Positions 9,953 through 18,840 are shown, counted from the first letter of the stretch. The stretch: 64,000 bases of DNA from Clostridia bacterium (GCA_018434325.1 JAHDPO010000007.1:266210-330209), one strand, 5' to 3'. Notes: generated by a model not told the origin, from the letters alone. Numbers and translations are program-made.

Positions 9953-10057
9953 ATCACCGGCCTCCTTCTATCAATCTTTGCTATTCATACAACAAAACAC
10001 AACCGGCCCTGATCAAAACATGGCAGATTGTGTCCCATTCATCATCTTTATCTATTT

Positions 10058-10369
10058 TCAGTGACAAGGCTTGTCCCGCACCATCCTGGCGCACTGAGTG
10101 ATCAGAATAGTCAGCTCCAGATCGTTCTTGGCGTCCATGGCCGGCAATTTTGCCATTAGGCAACCCTTGTCCGTAGTCACGTATTTAGGCGGCAATTTAT
10201 TCAGCACCAAGGCGCAAGTGTCTAAAAAACATTTTTCGCATTGACACATATCTAATCTGGACATAATCGATCTCGTTTTAGCTAAAATCAATTCCTCCAA
10301 ACTATTACGCAGAGCATATTTTTCGCAGCACTCAGGTATCTCCATAGACTCGGTGGACCTTCCCCTCAT
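10058..10369 (-). CDS. comFB: ComFB-family protein (late competence development protein ComFB-like; 4-Cys)
   Basis: CQCEKCFLDTCALVLNKLPPKYVTTDKG matches the ComFB CxCxxC...LNxLPPKY signature; ~100 aa. Confidence 0.6.
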   Translation of the reverse strand: MRGRSTESMEIPECCEKYALRNSLEELILAKTRSIMSRLDMCQCEKCFLDTCALVLNKLPPKYVTTDKGCLMAKLPAMDAKNDLELTILITQCARMVRDKPCH

Positions 10370-10430
10370 CCGTATTTTGCTTCCGCAAAAAAGCCGCAGC
10401 TGATAAAAATTGTGTCATATTATTATTATG

Positions 10431-11873
10431 CTACCCTTTACTGACAGTTTTGTCAATTTTAAAATAAAGATCAGCCTGCTTCTTATCTGTCTTGATTTTG
10501 GAAATCTGCACAACCGTACGGGTTAGGGCAAACAAAGCAAGAGCGTTGGGGAGAACCATCAGGTTGTTGAACATGTCGGTCAGCTCCCACACCAGATCGT
10601 TAGACATGAGAGTTCCGGCAAAAATAAAGACTAAAGCAATGGCCGAGTATACAGCAGACGCCTTTTTTCCAAAGAGATAGATTACGTTGATTTTGCCGAA
10701 CAAATTCCAGCCCAGTACGGTGGAGAATGCAAAAAAGAACAAACAAACAGCTACAAATATAGCGCCCGGCCCTTCACCCAAAACAGTTCCAAAGGCAGTT
10801 TGGGCCAGATTGGCTTTATTGACGCCTTCCGGAATCACACCGCTGGCCAGAATACCGTCGCTGGTGTACAGGGTGGAGATGACCACCAAGGCGTTTAAGG
10901 TCAGCACCACAAAGGTATCGATAAACACACCTATCATCGCCACAACACCCTGATCATGGGGATTTTGCACGTTGGCCTGGGCATGAGCATGAGGGGTAGA
11001 GCCCATACCGGCCTCGTTGGAAAAAAGTCCCCGCTTAGCCCCTTGGCTGACGGCAGTTTTCAGCGCATAACCAAAGCTGCCGCCAATGATCGCCTGGGGT
11101 TGAAAAGCATAGCGGAAGATCATGCCAAAGGTGGCCGGAAGATACTGTATACGGATGATCAAAACAGCCAGGCCCCCCAGCAAGAACACAGCAGCCATAA
11201 GGGGTACAAGCTTTTCTGTAACAGCAGCCAGCCGCTGGACACCGCCCAGAAAGATAATGCCGCAAATAACAACAAGTATAACGCCAATTATCCAGGCTGG
11301 AAGGCCAAATGCGGTTTCAAAGGTGGCGCCTATGGAATTGGATTGCACCATGCATCCCATAAAACCCAAGGCCAAAATAATAGCAAAGGCAAAGAAGCTG
11401 GCAAGGAATTTGCCGAAAGCTCCCTGAAATGCGGTGGTGATGTAATAGACCGGTCCGCCATGGATAGTGCCGTCTTGATCGGTGATACGGGTCTTTACTG
11501 CCAAGGTTGCCTCGGCATAGATGGTTGCCATTCCCAGAAAAGCAATGATCCACATCCAGAAAATAGCGCCGGGCCCGCCGGTTAAAATAGCTCCTGAAGC
11601 ACCCACGATATTGCCGGTACCCACCTGGGCAGCGATGGCCGTGGTCAGTGCTTGAAAAGAGCTCATACCGCTTGTCTGCTTGCCTCCGCGCAATGAGAGA
11701 TTGCCGAATACTTTCTTCATCCCCTCGCCAAAGCAGCGAATTTGGACAAAACGAGTGGCAACAGTGTACCACAGACCTACCGCAACCAATAAAAAAACCA
11801 AAACATAGCTGGATAAGTAGGTATTGATGGCCGCCACCAAGGGGTAAAGGACTGCTTCTAACTGCTGTAACAT
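10431..11873 (-). CDS. Sodium:alanine/glycine symporter (AGCS family)
   Basis: 11 TM; FQALTTAIAAQVGTGNIVGASGAI motif. True start is MLQQLEAV (comp. ATG 11871-11873) with SD GGAGAG upstream. The track start 11951 runs into the riboswitch terminator. Confidence 0.85.
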   Translation of the reverse strand: MLQQLEAVLYPLVAAINTYLSSYVLVFLLVAVGLWYTVATRFVQIRCFGEGMKKVFGNLSLRGGKQTSGMSSFQALTTAIAAQVGTGNIVGASGAILTGGPGAIFWMWIIAFLGMATIYAEATLAVKTRITDQDGTIHGGPVYYITTAFQGAFGKFLASFFAFAIILALGFMGCMVQSNSIGATFETAFGLPAWIIGVILVVICGIIFLGGVQRLAAVTEKLVPLMAAVFLLGGLAVLIIRIQYLPATFGMIFRYAFQPQAIIGGSFGYALKTAVSQGAKRGLFSNEAGMGSTPHAHAQANVQNPHDQGVVAMIGVFIDTFVVLTLNALVVISTLYTSDGILASGVIPEGVNKANLAQTAFGTVLGEGPGAIFVAVCLFFFAFSTVLGWNLFGKINVIYLFGKKASAVYSAIALVFIFAGTLMSNDLVWELTDMFNNLMVLPNALALFALTRTVVQISKIKTDKKQADLYFKIDKTVSKG

Positions 11874-11895
11874 AATTTTTCTCTCTCCTTTGGAC

Positions 11896-12165
11896 AAAAA
11901 AATAGATCGTGGAGAGAGCCACGATCCGGTGAAAACAGCAGAAGCATCCACCGGATACGTAATTCTACGCAGTCCGGCGGAGCGGTTTCACCTCTGTCCT
12001 TTTGCCTGAGAGATTAACGGAATTACATTCCGTGTTGCACCTTCGGCCCTCGCAATCGAGCTTCTCCAGAGTCACATCTGTGCACAGTCTTCATCCCTTG
12101 AGGGACACCTGAGAGTTTTACTCCTTCGGCAAACCGGATATGGTTACTTTCCTGCGCACTTCATC
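11896..12165 (-). ncRNA. Glycine riboswitch (tandem aptamers) with intrinsic-terminator expression platform
   Basis: Minus-strand reading gives aptamer 1 (...CCGAAGGAGUAA...CUCUCAGGUG...) and aptamer 2 (CUCUGGAGAAG...GCCGAAGGUGCAAC...CUCUCAGGCAAAAGGACAGAG, fwd 11991-12071). A terminator follows: stem GATCGTGG/CCACGATC at 11905-11926 plus U7. It lies immediately 5' of the AGCS symporter. Confidence 0.75.
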
Positions 12166-12214
12166 TGTCCAGATTTAATTGTAGAAGCTAATGTATCATA
12201 CCAGCTTCTATTTG

Positions 12215-14107
12215 TCAAATTAGAGCATCAGCCGCTACAGGCTTAATCAGCGTTTTTTCCTTTGCAATGCTTAATGCCCTCATAGCATTGAGAATAGCCA
12301 GGACAGACACGCCCACATCGGCAAATACCGCGGCCCACATGCTGGCCATGCCCATAGCTCCCAGTATTAAAACCAGGCCCTTGACGCCTAAAGCAAATAC
12401 TGTGTTTTGTTTGGCGATGCCGATGGTCTTGCGGGCGACGGCAATGGCTGCGGCCAACTTTGAGGGCTCGTCGTTCATGATCACTACGTCGGCGGCCTCA
12501 ATAGCCGCGTCACTGCCCAAGGCTCCCATGGCGACGCCCACATCGGCCCGAGCCAATACCGGAGCGTCGTTGATGCCGTCACCGACGAAAACCAGCTTGC
12601 CCTTAGGGGATTTCTCCGCCATCAAAAGCTCCAGCTTGTCGACTTTATCCGCCGGCAAAAGCTGGGTAAAGACCTGGCCGATACCCAATTGTGCCGCCAC
12701 CTTTTTGCCGATGACGTCATTATCGCCGGTGAGCATCACTGTTTTTTTGATACCGCAGGCCTTCAGGCCGGCGATAGCTGCCGCCGCATCTTCTTTAATC
12801 TGATCCTCGATCAGAATGTACCCGGCATAAGCCCCCTGTTTAGCGACGTGAACTAAAGTGCCGACAGGACCTTCCGGCAGCCGGACGCCGGCTTTCTCCT
12901 CCATTAATTTATGGTTGCCGATGTAAACGGTGCTGCCGTCGATTTCCGCTTCTATGCCATAGCCCGGAATTTCCTGGACTTGACCGATTCTCGTCAAATC
13001 AGGCTCTTTACCATAAGCCCGGCGCAGAGACTGGGAAATCGGATGGGTGGAATAGCTTTCGCCCAAGGCCGCCAGCTCCAGCAATTGATCTGCCGGCATG
13101 GCCGCCGGCACAATTTCCGCCACATCAAAGCTGCCCTTCGTCAAAGTGCCTGTTTTATCAAAAACCACAATTTCAGCAGCGGCCAAGGCTTCCAAATAAT
13201 TGCCGCCCTTCACCAGCACGCCCTGCCGGGAGGAGCCGCCCAAGCCGCCGAAGAAGCTTAAGGGAATGGAGATCACCAAAGCACAGGGACAGGAGATAAC
13301 CAAAAAGGTCAGAGCCCGATAGACCCAGTCACTGAATTGAGCCCCGGCAATCACCAGGGGAGGCAGTACCGCCAGGCAGGCGGCAACGATAACCACCGCC
13401 GGCGTATAGTACCTGGCAAAACGGGTGATAAAGCTTTCCATATTGGCCTTTTTGCTGCTGGCATTCTCCACCAGGTCCAATATCCTGGCTACGGTGGATT
13501 GCTCAAACTCTTTGCTTACCTGCATCAGCAGCGTACCGTTTAAGTTGATGCAGCCGCTGAAAATTTCATTGCCCGGCAAGGCTTCCCGGGGCACGGATTC
13601 GCCGGTGAGGGCCGAGGTATCTAAAGTGGAATTACCTTCGGTGATCACTCCGTCCAAAGGCACCCGCTCACCGGGCTTGATCAAAATAATTTCTCCCACC
13701 TGCACCTCTTCCGGGTCAACCTCGATCCATTGCTCCTCCCTCATGATATTGGCATGATCCGGCCGGATATCCATCAAATCGGCAATGGATTTTCTCGATT
13801 TGCTGACCGCCACGGACTGGAAGAGCTCTCCCACCTGGTAAAACAGCATAACGGCAATGCCTTCCCGGTATTCCCCCAAGGCCAGGGCTCCAATAGTAGC
13901 AATAGTCATCAGGAAGTTTTCATCAAAAACCTGGCCCCTTCTGATGTTGCCGGCAGCCCTGAGCAGCACGTCGCCGCCGGCAATCAAATAACTGACCAGA
14001 TAGACGGCGATGAGGATCATTTCATCCGCCGGCAGCAGGATGCCGAGGACATACAGCGCCGCGGCGGCCAGAATTTTATATAGCTGTTTCTTTTGTTTCT
14101 TTGTCAT
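12215..14107 (-). CDS. Heavy-metal P1B-type ATPase, Zn/Cd/Pb type (CadA/ZntA-like), without N-terminal HMA domain
   Basis: TGES, SCPCALVISIP (CPC), DKTGTLT, GDGINDAP. TM8-region FADVGVSVLAILNAMR (Asp typical of Zn/Cd pumps). Confidence 0.85.
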   Translation of the reverse strand: MTKKQKKQLYKILAAAALYVLGILLPADEMILIAVYLVSYLIAGGDVLLRAAGNIRRGQVFDENFLMTIATIGALALGEYREGIAVMLFYQVGELFQSVAVSKSRKSIADLMDIRPDHANIMREEQWIEVDPEEVQVGEIILIKPGERVPLDGVITEGNSTLDTSALTGESVPREALPGNEIFSGCINLNGTLLMQVSKEFEQSTVARILDLVENASSKKANMESFITRFARYYTPAVVIVAACLAVLPPLVIAGAQFSDWVYRALTFLVISCPCALVISIPLSFFGGLGGSSRQGVLVKGGNYLEALAAAEIVVFDKTGTLTKGSFDVAEIVPAAMPADQLLELAALGESYSTHPISQSLRRAYGKEPDLTRIGQVQEIPGYGIEAEIDGSTVYIGNHKLMEEKAGVRLPEGPVGTLVHVAKQGAYAGYILIEDQIKEDAAAAIAGLKACGIKKTVMLTGDNDVIGKKVAAQLGIGQVFTQLLPADKVDKLELLMAEKSPKGKLVFVGDGINDAPVLARADVGVAMGALGSDAAIEAADVVIMNDEPSKLAAAIAVARKTIGIAKQNTVFALGVKGLVLILGAMGMASMWAAVFADVGVSVLAILNAMRALSIAKEKTLIKPVAADALI

Positions 14108-14117
14108 CTTTTCACCT

Positions 14118-14336
14118 TCAGGAAAGGATTACACAATCCGGCTCGATCTTGCTGACAATTTTTCTGGCCTGCTCCAAAATGGATTCGATGAGATTCTCAG
14201 CGGCATTGATAGTCAGCTTCTGAGTGACAAAATTAACGCTGGCGCTTTCCACACCCTCCAGCTTGCTGATAGCGTCTTCCATTTTGGCGGCGCAATGGGC
14301 GCAGCTCAGATCTTCCATTTTGTATACCTTTTTCAT
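14118..14336 (-). CDS. Stand-alone heavy-metal-associated (HMA) domain metallochaperone
   Basis: 72 aa ferredoxin-like HMA fold, metal site LSCAHCAAKME (CxxC). First gene of an operon with the P1B ATPase. Confidence 0.75.
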   Translation of the reverse strand: MKKVYKMEDLSCAHCAAKMEDAISKLEGVESASVNFVTQKLTINAAENLIESILEQARKIVSKIEPDCVILS

Positions 14337-14397
14337 GATTATGCCTCCTCAATTAGATTCGACTGGATTAAGTAAACGTTTTATTAAATCGCCATTT

Positions 14398-14477
14398 GAT
14401 TAAACACATATTTAATTCATCATCATTATATGCTGCGCCGCCGCATTTGTCAACATCGATTAAACAAATATTTAATT
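14398..14477 (-). promoter_or_regulatory. Promoter (TTGACA-17-TATAAT) flanked by two near-identical CzrA/CadC-like ArsR/SmtB operators
   Basis: Sites GATTAAACACATATTTAATT (14398-14417) and GATTAAACAAATATTTAATT (14458-14477). Minus-strand -35 is at 14448-14453 and -10 at 14425-14430. One site abuts the -35; the other overlaps the +1 region. Confidence 0.55.
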
Positions 14478-14771
14478 GAAATTTTAAAATTAAAAGAGCC
14501 TCATTCCAAAGGGAATAAAGGCTCCGTTTGCTATTTCCTTATATTGTCCAGCCTATATTCAATAAATAAACCGTATATTTTGCCCGCCGCCACCTCAAAG
14601 GTCAAACCGAACCTGTCATATAGCTGCTCCGCTGCCGCCACCGTAAGACAGCTTTCCAAGGAATCCTCCATAGCCATCGTCCCCCTTCATCCGGAATCCT
14701 GCGCAGGTCTTCGTCTGTGCTAATACTATTCCAAAGAGGGCTTGAATATGACCGGTGATCTCCCCTGCCGT

Positions 14772-15413
14772 TTAAGCGATATCGTTTGTGTCCGTAATAA
14801 AGTGACTGGCTGAATACAAGGCTTGCTCATCCCCTACAATATAGAGAATATCTCCGCTCAGCAAGGATGAATAGGGGCCGGGGGAGAGAATCGTCTGATC
14901 GCCGCGGTCAATGGCAATGATAGTGGCCCCGGTCTTATGCCAGAAGTTTAAATCGCTGATGGTCCTCCCCGCGATCTTGGAGTTGGGGGGCATGACAATC
15001 TCATAGGGAACAAAAGGAGTGGCTTTCTTGGCGCTGCCTGATGCGTTGATGAGGAACAGCATCTTCTCCATAGCCACGGCAGTTTCCCCGATCTGGCGTT
15101 GCATCCAGGCAAACAGCTCGTTCTTTACATCGGCAACGCTCTGCATCTCCTGATTTTGCCGGACAAACTCTGCCGCCTTTTTTACGGAGCGTATCCACAC
15201 GCCGCTGTTTTTCTTAATGTCGAGAATATCCACATCCTGGAGAAGATGGACAGCCTTGCGAATAGTCTCCGGAGAAACGCCGTACTGTGAAGACAAAACC
15301 GTGCGGCCGGACAGTTTTTGCCCTTCAACATATTTACCGCCCAGAATATCCTGGGCGATGTTGACGGCTATTTTGCGATAAACCGGTAAAGATACTCTCT
15401 TGCTTCTTACCAT
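14772..15413 (-). CDS. GntR-family regulator with C-terminal RCK_C/TrkA-C domain (BusR-like; c-di-AMP-responsive repressor family)
   Basis: N-terminal GntR wHTH (KLSGRTVLSSQYGVSPETIRKAV), central helix, C-terminal TrkA_C (IAGRTISDLNFWHKTGATIIAIDRGDQ). Divergent from the opuA-like operon. Confidence 0.7.
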   Translation of the reverse strand: MVRSKRVSLPVYRKIAVNIAQDILGGKYVEGQKLSGRTVLSSQYGVSPETIRKAVHLLQDVDILDIKKNSGVWIRSVKKAAEFVRQNQEMQSVADVKNELFAWMQRQIGETAVAMEKMLFLINASGSAKKATPFVPYEIVMPPNSKIAGRTISDLNFWHKTGATIIAIDRGDQTILSPGPYSSLLSGDILYIVGDEQALYSASHFITDTNDIA

Positions 15414-15577
15414 AATGTTTCACCGTAATCCTATATAATATAAACTTTTTTATTTCATTATTTTTAGTCTATCACAAAGACCAAATCCCGTCAAAGCAAA
15501 GCCGGTTTCATCCAATTGATTCTCCTAAAAAGCCGGAATATTTTTTGGCAACCCGTTAAAAAAATTCGGTTGGCAGT

Positions 15578-15606
15578 TTGACAAAGTAGCAACTTATTAT
15601 TATAAT
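15578..15606 (+). promoter_or_regulatory. Sigma-A promoter of the opuA-like operon (TTGACA-17-TATAAT)
   Basis: TTGACA 15578-15583, TATAAT 15601-15606. Confidence 0.65.
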
Positions 15607-15646
15607 ATAGAGCGTTAGAGTTGTCACTTATGAGGGAGGAGATGGA

Positions 15647-16645
15647 ATGATGAAGAAAATAAACAGAATTTTGGGGTTGCTTTTGGCATTGATGCTGTTG
15701 GCAGGCAGCCTGGCGGGATGCGCCCCCTCACAGCAAGCAAAAACCTTGACCTTTGCCGATGTGGGCTGGGATTCGATCCTGTTCCATAACGCAGTAGCGG
15801 GAACGGTTGCCGAGACCGTATTCGGCTACCAATGGTCAGAAGTATCCGGCAGTACGCCTATCACCCATGAAGCGGTGAAAAAAGGCGAGATTGACGTCCA
15901 TATGGAAGTGTGGACCGATAACCTTGCCAACTATAAAGATGATATTGAGGCAGGAGCCTTAAAAGAAGTGAGCATCAATTTTGACGACAATGCCCAGGGA
16001 CTTTATGTGCCCCGCTATGTGATCGAAGGCGATGCCGGGCGGGGCATTGAGCCCATGGCGCCCAATCTGAAAACGGTGGCGGATCTGAAAGATTATGCCT
16101 CTCTCTTCAAGGATCCCGAGGATTCCTCCAAGGGCATTATTTACGGCGGCATCGCAGGCTGGGCGATCACCGAAATCATCCACAAGAAGTATCTCCACTA
16201 CGGCCTGGATGCAAACTACAATTACATGGAGCCGGGTACCGATGCGGCCACCAGCGCCGTACTGGTAGCGGCCTACGACAGAGGTGAGCCGGTGGTGGCC
16301 TATTATTGGGAGCCTACCTGGCTGTTGGGCAAATACGACTTCGTCCTTCTTGAGGATGAGCCCTACGACCCGGAGCTATATTTTGAGGGTAAGACCGAGT
16401 GTCCCTCCGTCCGTGTAGCAGTCTGCACCAGCAACGATTTTTACGAAAAGGACCCGGAATTCGTGGCCTTTCTGTCCAAATACCGCACCTCCTCTGCCCT
16501 GACCAGCCAGGCCCTTGCCTATATAGAGGATACCGGCGCCGACTATAAAACGGCGGCCCGATGGTTTTTAAAGGAAAACCGGGATATGGTTGAAACCTGG
16601 CTTACAACAGAGCAGGCAGACAAACTATATGCGGCGATTGAATAG
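15647..16645 (+). CDS. Glycine betaine ABC transporter substrate-binding lipoprotein (OpuAC/ProX-like)
   Basis: Lipoprotein signal LLAGSLAGC; OpuAC fold motifs DVGWDSI, EVWTDN. Confidence 0.85.
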   Translation: MMKKINRILGLLLALMLLAGSLAGCAPSQQAKTLTFADVGWDSILFHNAVAGTVAETVFGYQWSEVSGSTPITHEAVKKGEIDVHMEVWTDNLANYKDDIEAGALKEVSINFDDNAQGLYVPRYVIEGDAGRGIEPMAPNLKTVADLKDYASLFKDPEDSSKGIIYGGIAGWAITEIIHKKYLHYGLDANYNYMEPGTDAATSAVLVAAYDRGEPVVAYYWEPTWLLGKYDFVLLEDEPYDPELYFEGKTECPSVRVAVCTSNDFYEKDPEFVAFLSKYRTSSALTSQALAYIEDTGADYKTAARWFLKENRDMVETWLTTEQADKLYAAIE

Positions 16646-16653
16646 GTGAGATT

Positions 16654-17526
16654 ATGAATTGGCTATTTGATTTTCCTTTTATCATCAGGATAAATACGAA
16701 TGCCATCGACAGGGCGGTGCGCTCCTTTGCCGCCGACCACGCCGCCTTCTTCGACGGAATCAAGGCAGGCCTTACCAATTTTGTGGGGGCCATCAACTGG
16801 CTGCTTAACCACATTCCTTGGTTTGTGTTGGTAGTCCTGGTGTTTTTCCTGGGCTGGAAAGGCCATAAACGGCTTCGTTCCGGCATTGCTTACAGCATCC
16901 TGCTCTGCATTATCGGTATGCTGGGCTTATGGGGCCTGATGAATTTGACCCTTTCCATTGTATTGGCCGGCGTAACCATTGCGCTGCTGCTGGGCTTACC
17001 CGTGGGCGTGCTGCTCTCCGGCTCCGACCGGGCCAATCAGGCGGCCCGGCCGGTGTTGGATATGATGCAAACCATGCCGGTTTTCGTTTATTTGATTCCT
17101 GCGGTGATCTTCTTTGGCATGGGCTCGGCCTCCGCCGTTATTGCAACCGTTATATATGCTATGGTGCCGGTTGTCCGCCTGACCAGCCTGGGAATCCGGC
17201 AGGTGGACGCCGAAGTGGTGGAAGCGGCCCGTTCTTTTGGTTCGACAAAATCCCAGATGCTGTTTAAGGTTCAGGTGCCTCAGGCACTGCCCACGATTAT
17301 GGCCGGCATCAATCAAACGCTGATGATGGCCATGTCCATGGTGGTTACCTGCTCGATGATCGGCGCCCGGGGACTTGGCAATGAAGTGCTCATCGCAGTA
17401 AACCGGATTGAAATATCCCGGGGATTTATGGCCGGCAGCTCGGTGGTTATTCTGGCCATTCTTCTTGACCGCCTGACTCAAGGCTGGTTTTCGGGACGCA
17501 AGAATGCGGGGGATGAACAACAATGA
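16654..17526 (+). CDS. Glycine betaine ABC transporter permease (OpuAB-like)
   Basis: BPD-transport (EAA loop region) permease, 6 TM. Confidence 0.85.
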   Translation: MNWLFDFPFIIRINTNAIDRAVRSFAADHAAFFDGIKAGLTNFVGAINWLLNHIPWFVLVVLVFFLGWKGHKRLRSGIAYSILLCIIGMLGLWGLMNLTLSIVLAGVTIALLLGLPVGVLLSGSDRANQAARPVLDMMQTMPVFVYLIPAVIFFGMGSASAVIATVIYAMVPVVRLTSLGIRQVDAEVVEAARSFGSTKSQMLFKVQVPQALPTIMAGINQTLMMAMSMVVTCSMIGARGLGNEVLIAVNRIEISRGFMAGSSVVILAILLDRLTQGWFSGRKNAGDEQQ

Positions 17527-18698
17527 GCGAAATCATTATTGAAACAAAAAATGTATCGAAGCTATATGGCGTACGCCGCGATGAAGCGGCAGAGCTGCTG
17601 CGGGGGGGCGCCGAAAAGAGCGAGGTATTGAAAAAAACCGGGGTAACCACTGCCTTGTATGATGTAAGCTTGCGAATCCCCCGGGGCAAGATCTTTGTGA
17701 TCATCGGCTTGTCCGGCTCAGGAAAGTCAACGATGGTTCGCTGCTTTAACCGCTTAAACCGTCCTACCTGGGGCTCAATTATATTTGACGGCGTCGATCT
17801 GCTGAAGCTCTCCAATCAGGAGCTGCTGGAATTCAGGCGGCGCAAGGTGTCCATGGTCTTTCAGTCCTTTGGCCTGATGAGTCACCGCAATGTTCTGGGC
17901 AATGTGGCTTATGGACTGGAGGTCTCCGGCATGGGCCGTGAAGAGCGGGAAAAGCGGGCCAGAGAGTCCATTGCCCTCGTAGGACTGGAAGGCTGGGAAG
18001 ATGCCATGATCGGCAACCTGTCCGGCGGTATGCGCCAGCGGGTGGGCCTGGCCCGGGCTTTAGCAAACGACCCGGAAGTGCTTCTGATGGATGAGCCTTT
18101 TTCCGCACTGGACCCATTGGTGCGCAATGATATGCAGTTTGAGCTGCTCTCCATTCAGCGCAAGCTGGGCAAAACCGTGATTTTCATTACCCATGACATT
18201 GACGAGGCCTTCCGTCTTGGCGATACCGTTGCCATCATGCGGGACGGGCGCCTGATCCAGGTAGACACGCCCGAGGGCATGAGCACAAACCCGGCGGACG
18301 AATACGTACGGCGCTTTATTAACTCCGCCGATAAGTCAAAGGTTTTATCGGTGCGCAATATTATGATCACGCCGGTGAGCCTGATTAAGCCCGGCGACGG
18401 TATCGACCATGCCCTCCGGGTGATGCGCAAGAACGAACTGTCTTCCGTTTATGCCGTGGACGGTCAAATGAAGCTAAAAGGTATCCTTACCCTGGCGGAC
18501 GCCATGCGGGCCAAACGGGAAAGCCTGGATCTTTCCGAGATGATTGTGAAGGATATTCCCTCAACCTCTCCCGACGCTTCCGTGGAAGAGATTATACCCC
18601 TGGCAGCCGAATCCTCTTATCCCTTGGCGGTTTTAGACAATGAGGGCCGCCTACAGGGAATCGTAACAAAGGCAAGCGTTTTATCTTCATTAATATAA
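17523..18698 (+). CDS. Glycine betaine ABC transporter ATP-binding protein with C-terminal tandem CBS domains (OpuAA-like)
   Basis: Walker A GLSGSGKST, LSGGMRQRV, Walker B LLMDEPFSALD; CBS pair at C-terminus. Confidence 0.9.
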   Translation: MSEIIIETKNVSKLYGVRRDEAAELLRGGAEKSEVLKKTGVTTALYDVSLRIPRGKIFVIIGLSGSGKSTMVRCFNRLNRPTWGSIIFDGVDLLKLSNQELLEFRRRKVSMVFQSFGLMSHRNVLGNVAYGLEVSGMGREEREKRARESIALVGLEGWEDAMIGNLSGGMRQRVGLARALANDPEVLLMDEPFSALDPLVRNDMQFELLSIQRKLGKTVIFITHDIDEAFRLGDTVAIMRDGRLIQVDTPEGMSTNPADEYVRRFINSADKSKVLSVRNIMITPVSLIKPGDGIDHALRVMRKNELSSVYAVDGQMKLKGILTLADAMRAKRESLDLSEMIVKDIPSTSPDASVEEIIPLAAESSYPLAVLDNEGRLQGIVTKASVLSSLI

Positions 18699-18703
18699 AA
18701 TAA

Positions 18704-18840
18704 TACTATTCTGCGATTAAAATAGCATATATGCCAATCTGCGTGGGCAAAGCCCACTATAGCTATTTATGTGGGCTTGCCCACTGCCGCACTCTGTGCG
18801 GCAAATGAAAAACTAAAGGTTTTTCATTGCAGATTAGTAT
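18704..18840. repeat. MITE-like dispersed repeat, copy 1 (12-bp terminal inverted repeats ATACTATTCTGC / GCAGATTAGTAT, internal hairpins)
   Basis: Left end ATACTATTCTGCGATTAAAATA and right end GCAGATTAGTAT are shared with 32459-32543. Termini are mutually reverse-complementary (11/12). The interior carries hairpins GTGGGCAAAGCCCAC, GTGGGCTTGCCCAC, GCCGCACTCTGTGCGGC and AATGAAAAACTAAAGGTTTTTCATT. Confidence 0.55.

Noticed and set aside
12267-14083. Several 110-180-aa ORFs on the plus strand inside the P1B-ATPase gene, and similarly 19876-21747 inside copA
   Set aside because: These are antisense shadows of long GC-rich genes (Ala/Ser/Pro-rich translations, no SD, no domains).
14494-14526. Hairpin GAGCC...GGCTC downstream of the BusR-like gene as a terminator
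   Set aside because: It has only a 5-bp stem with a 19-nt loop and a weak U-tract, too weak to call.
15550-15590. TGGCA motifs (ttggcaacc / ttggcagtttgacaaag) that could suggest a sigma-54 promoter
   Set aside because: There is no properly spaced GC -12 element (TGGCAC-N5-TTGC is not satisfied). The second motif is part of the sigma-A -35.
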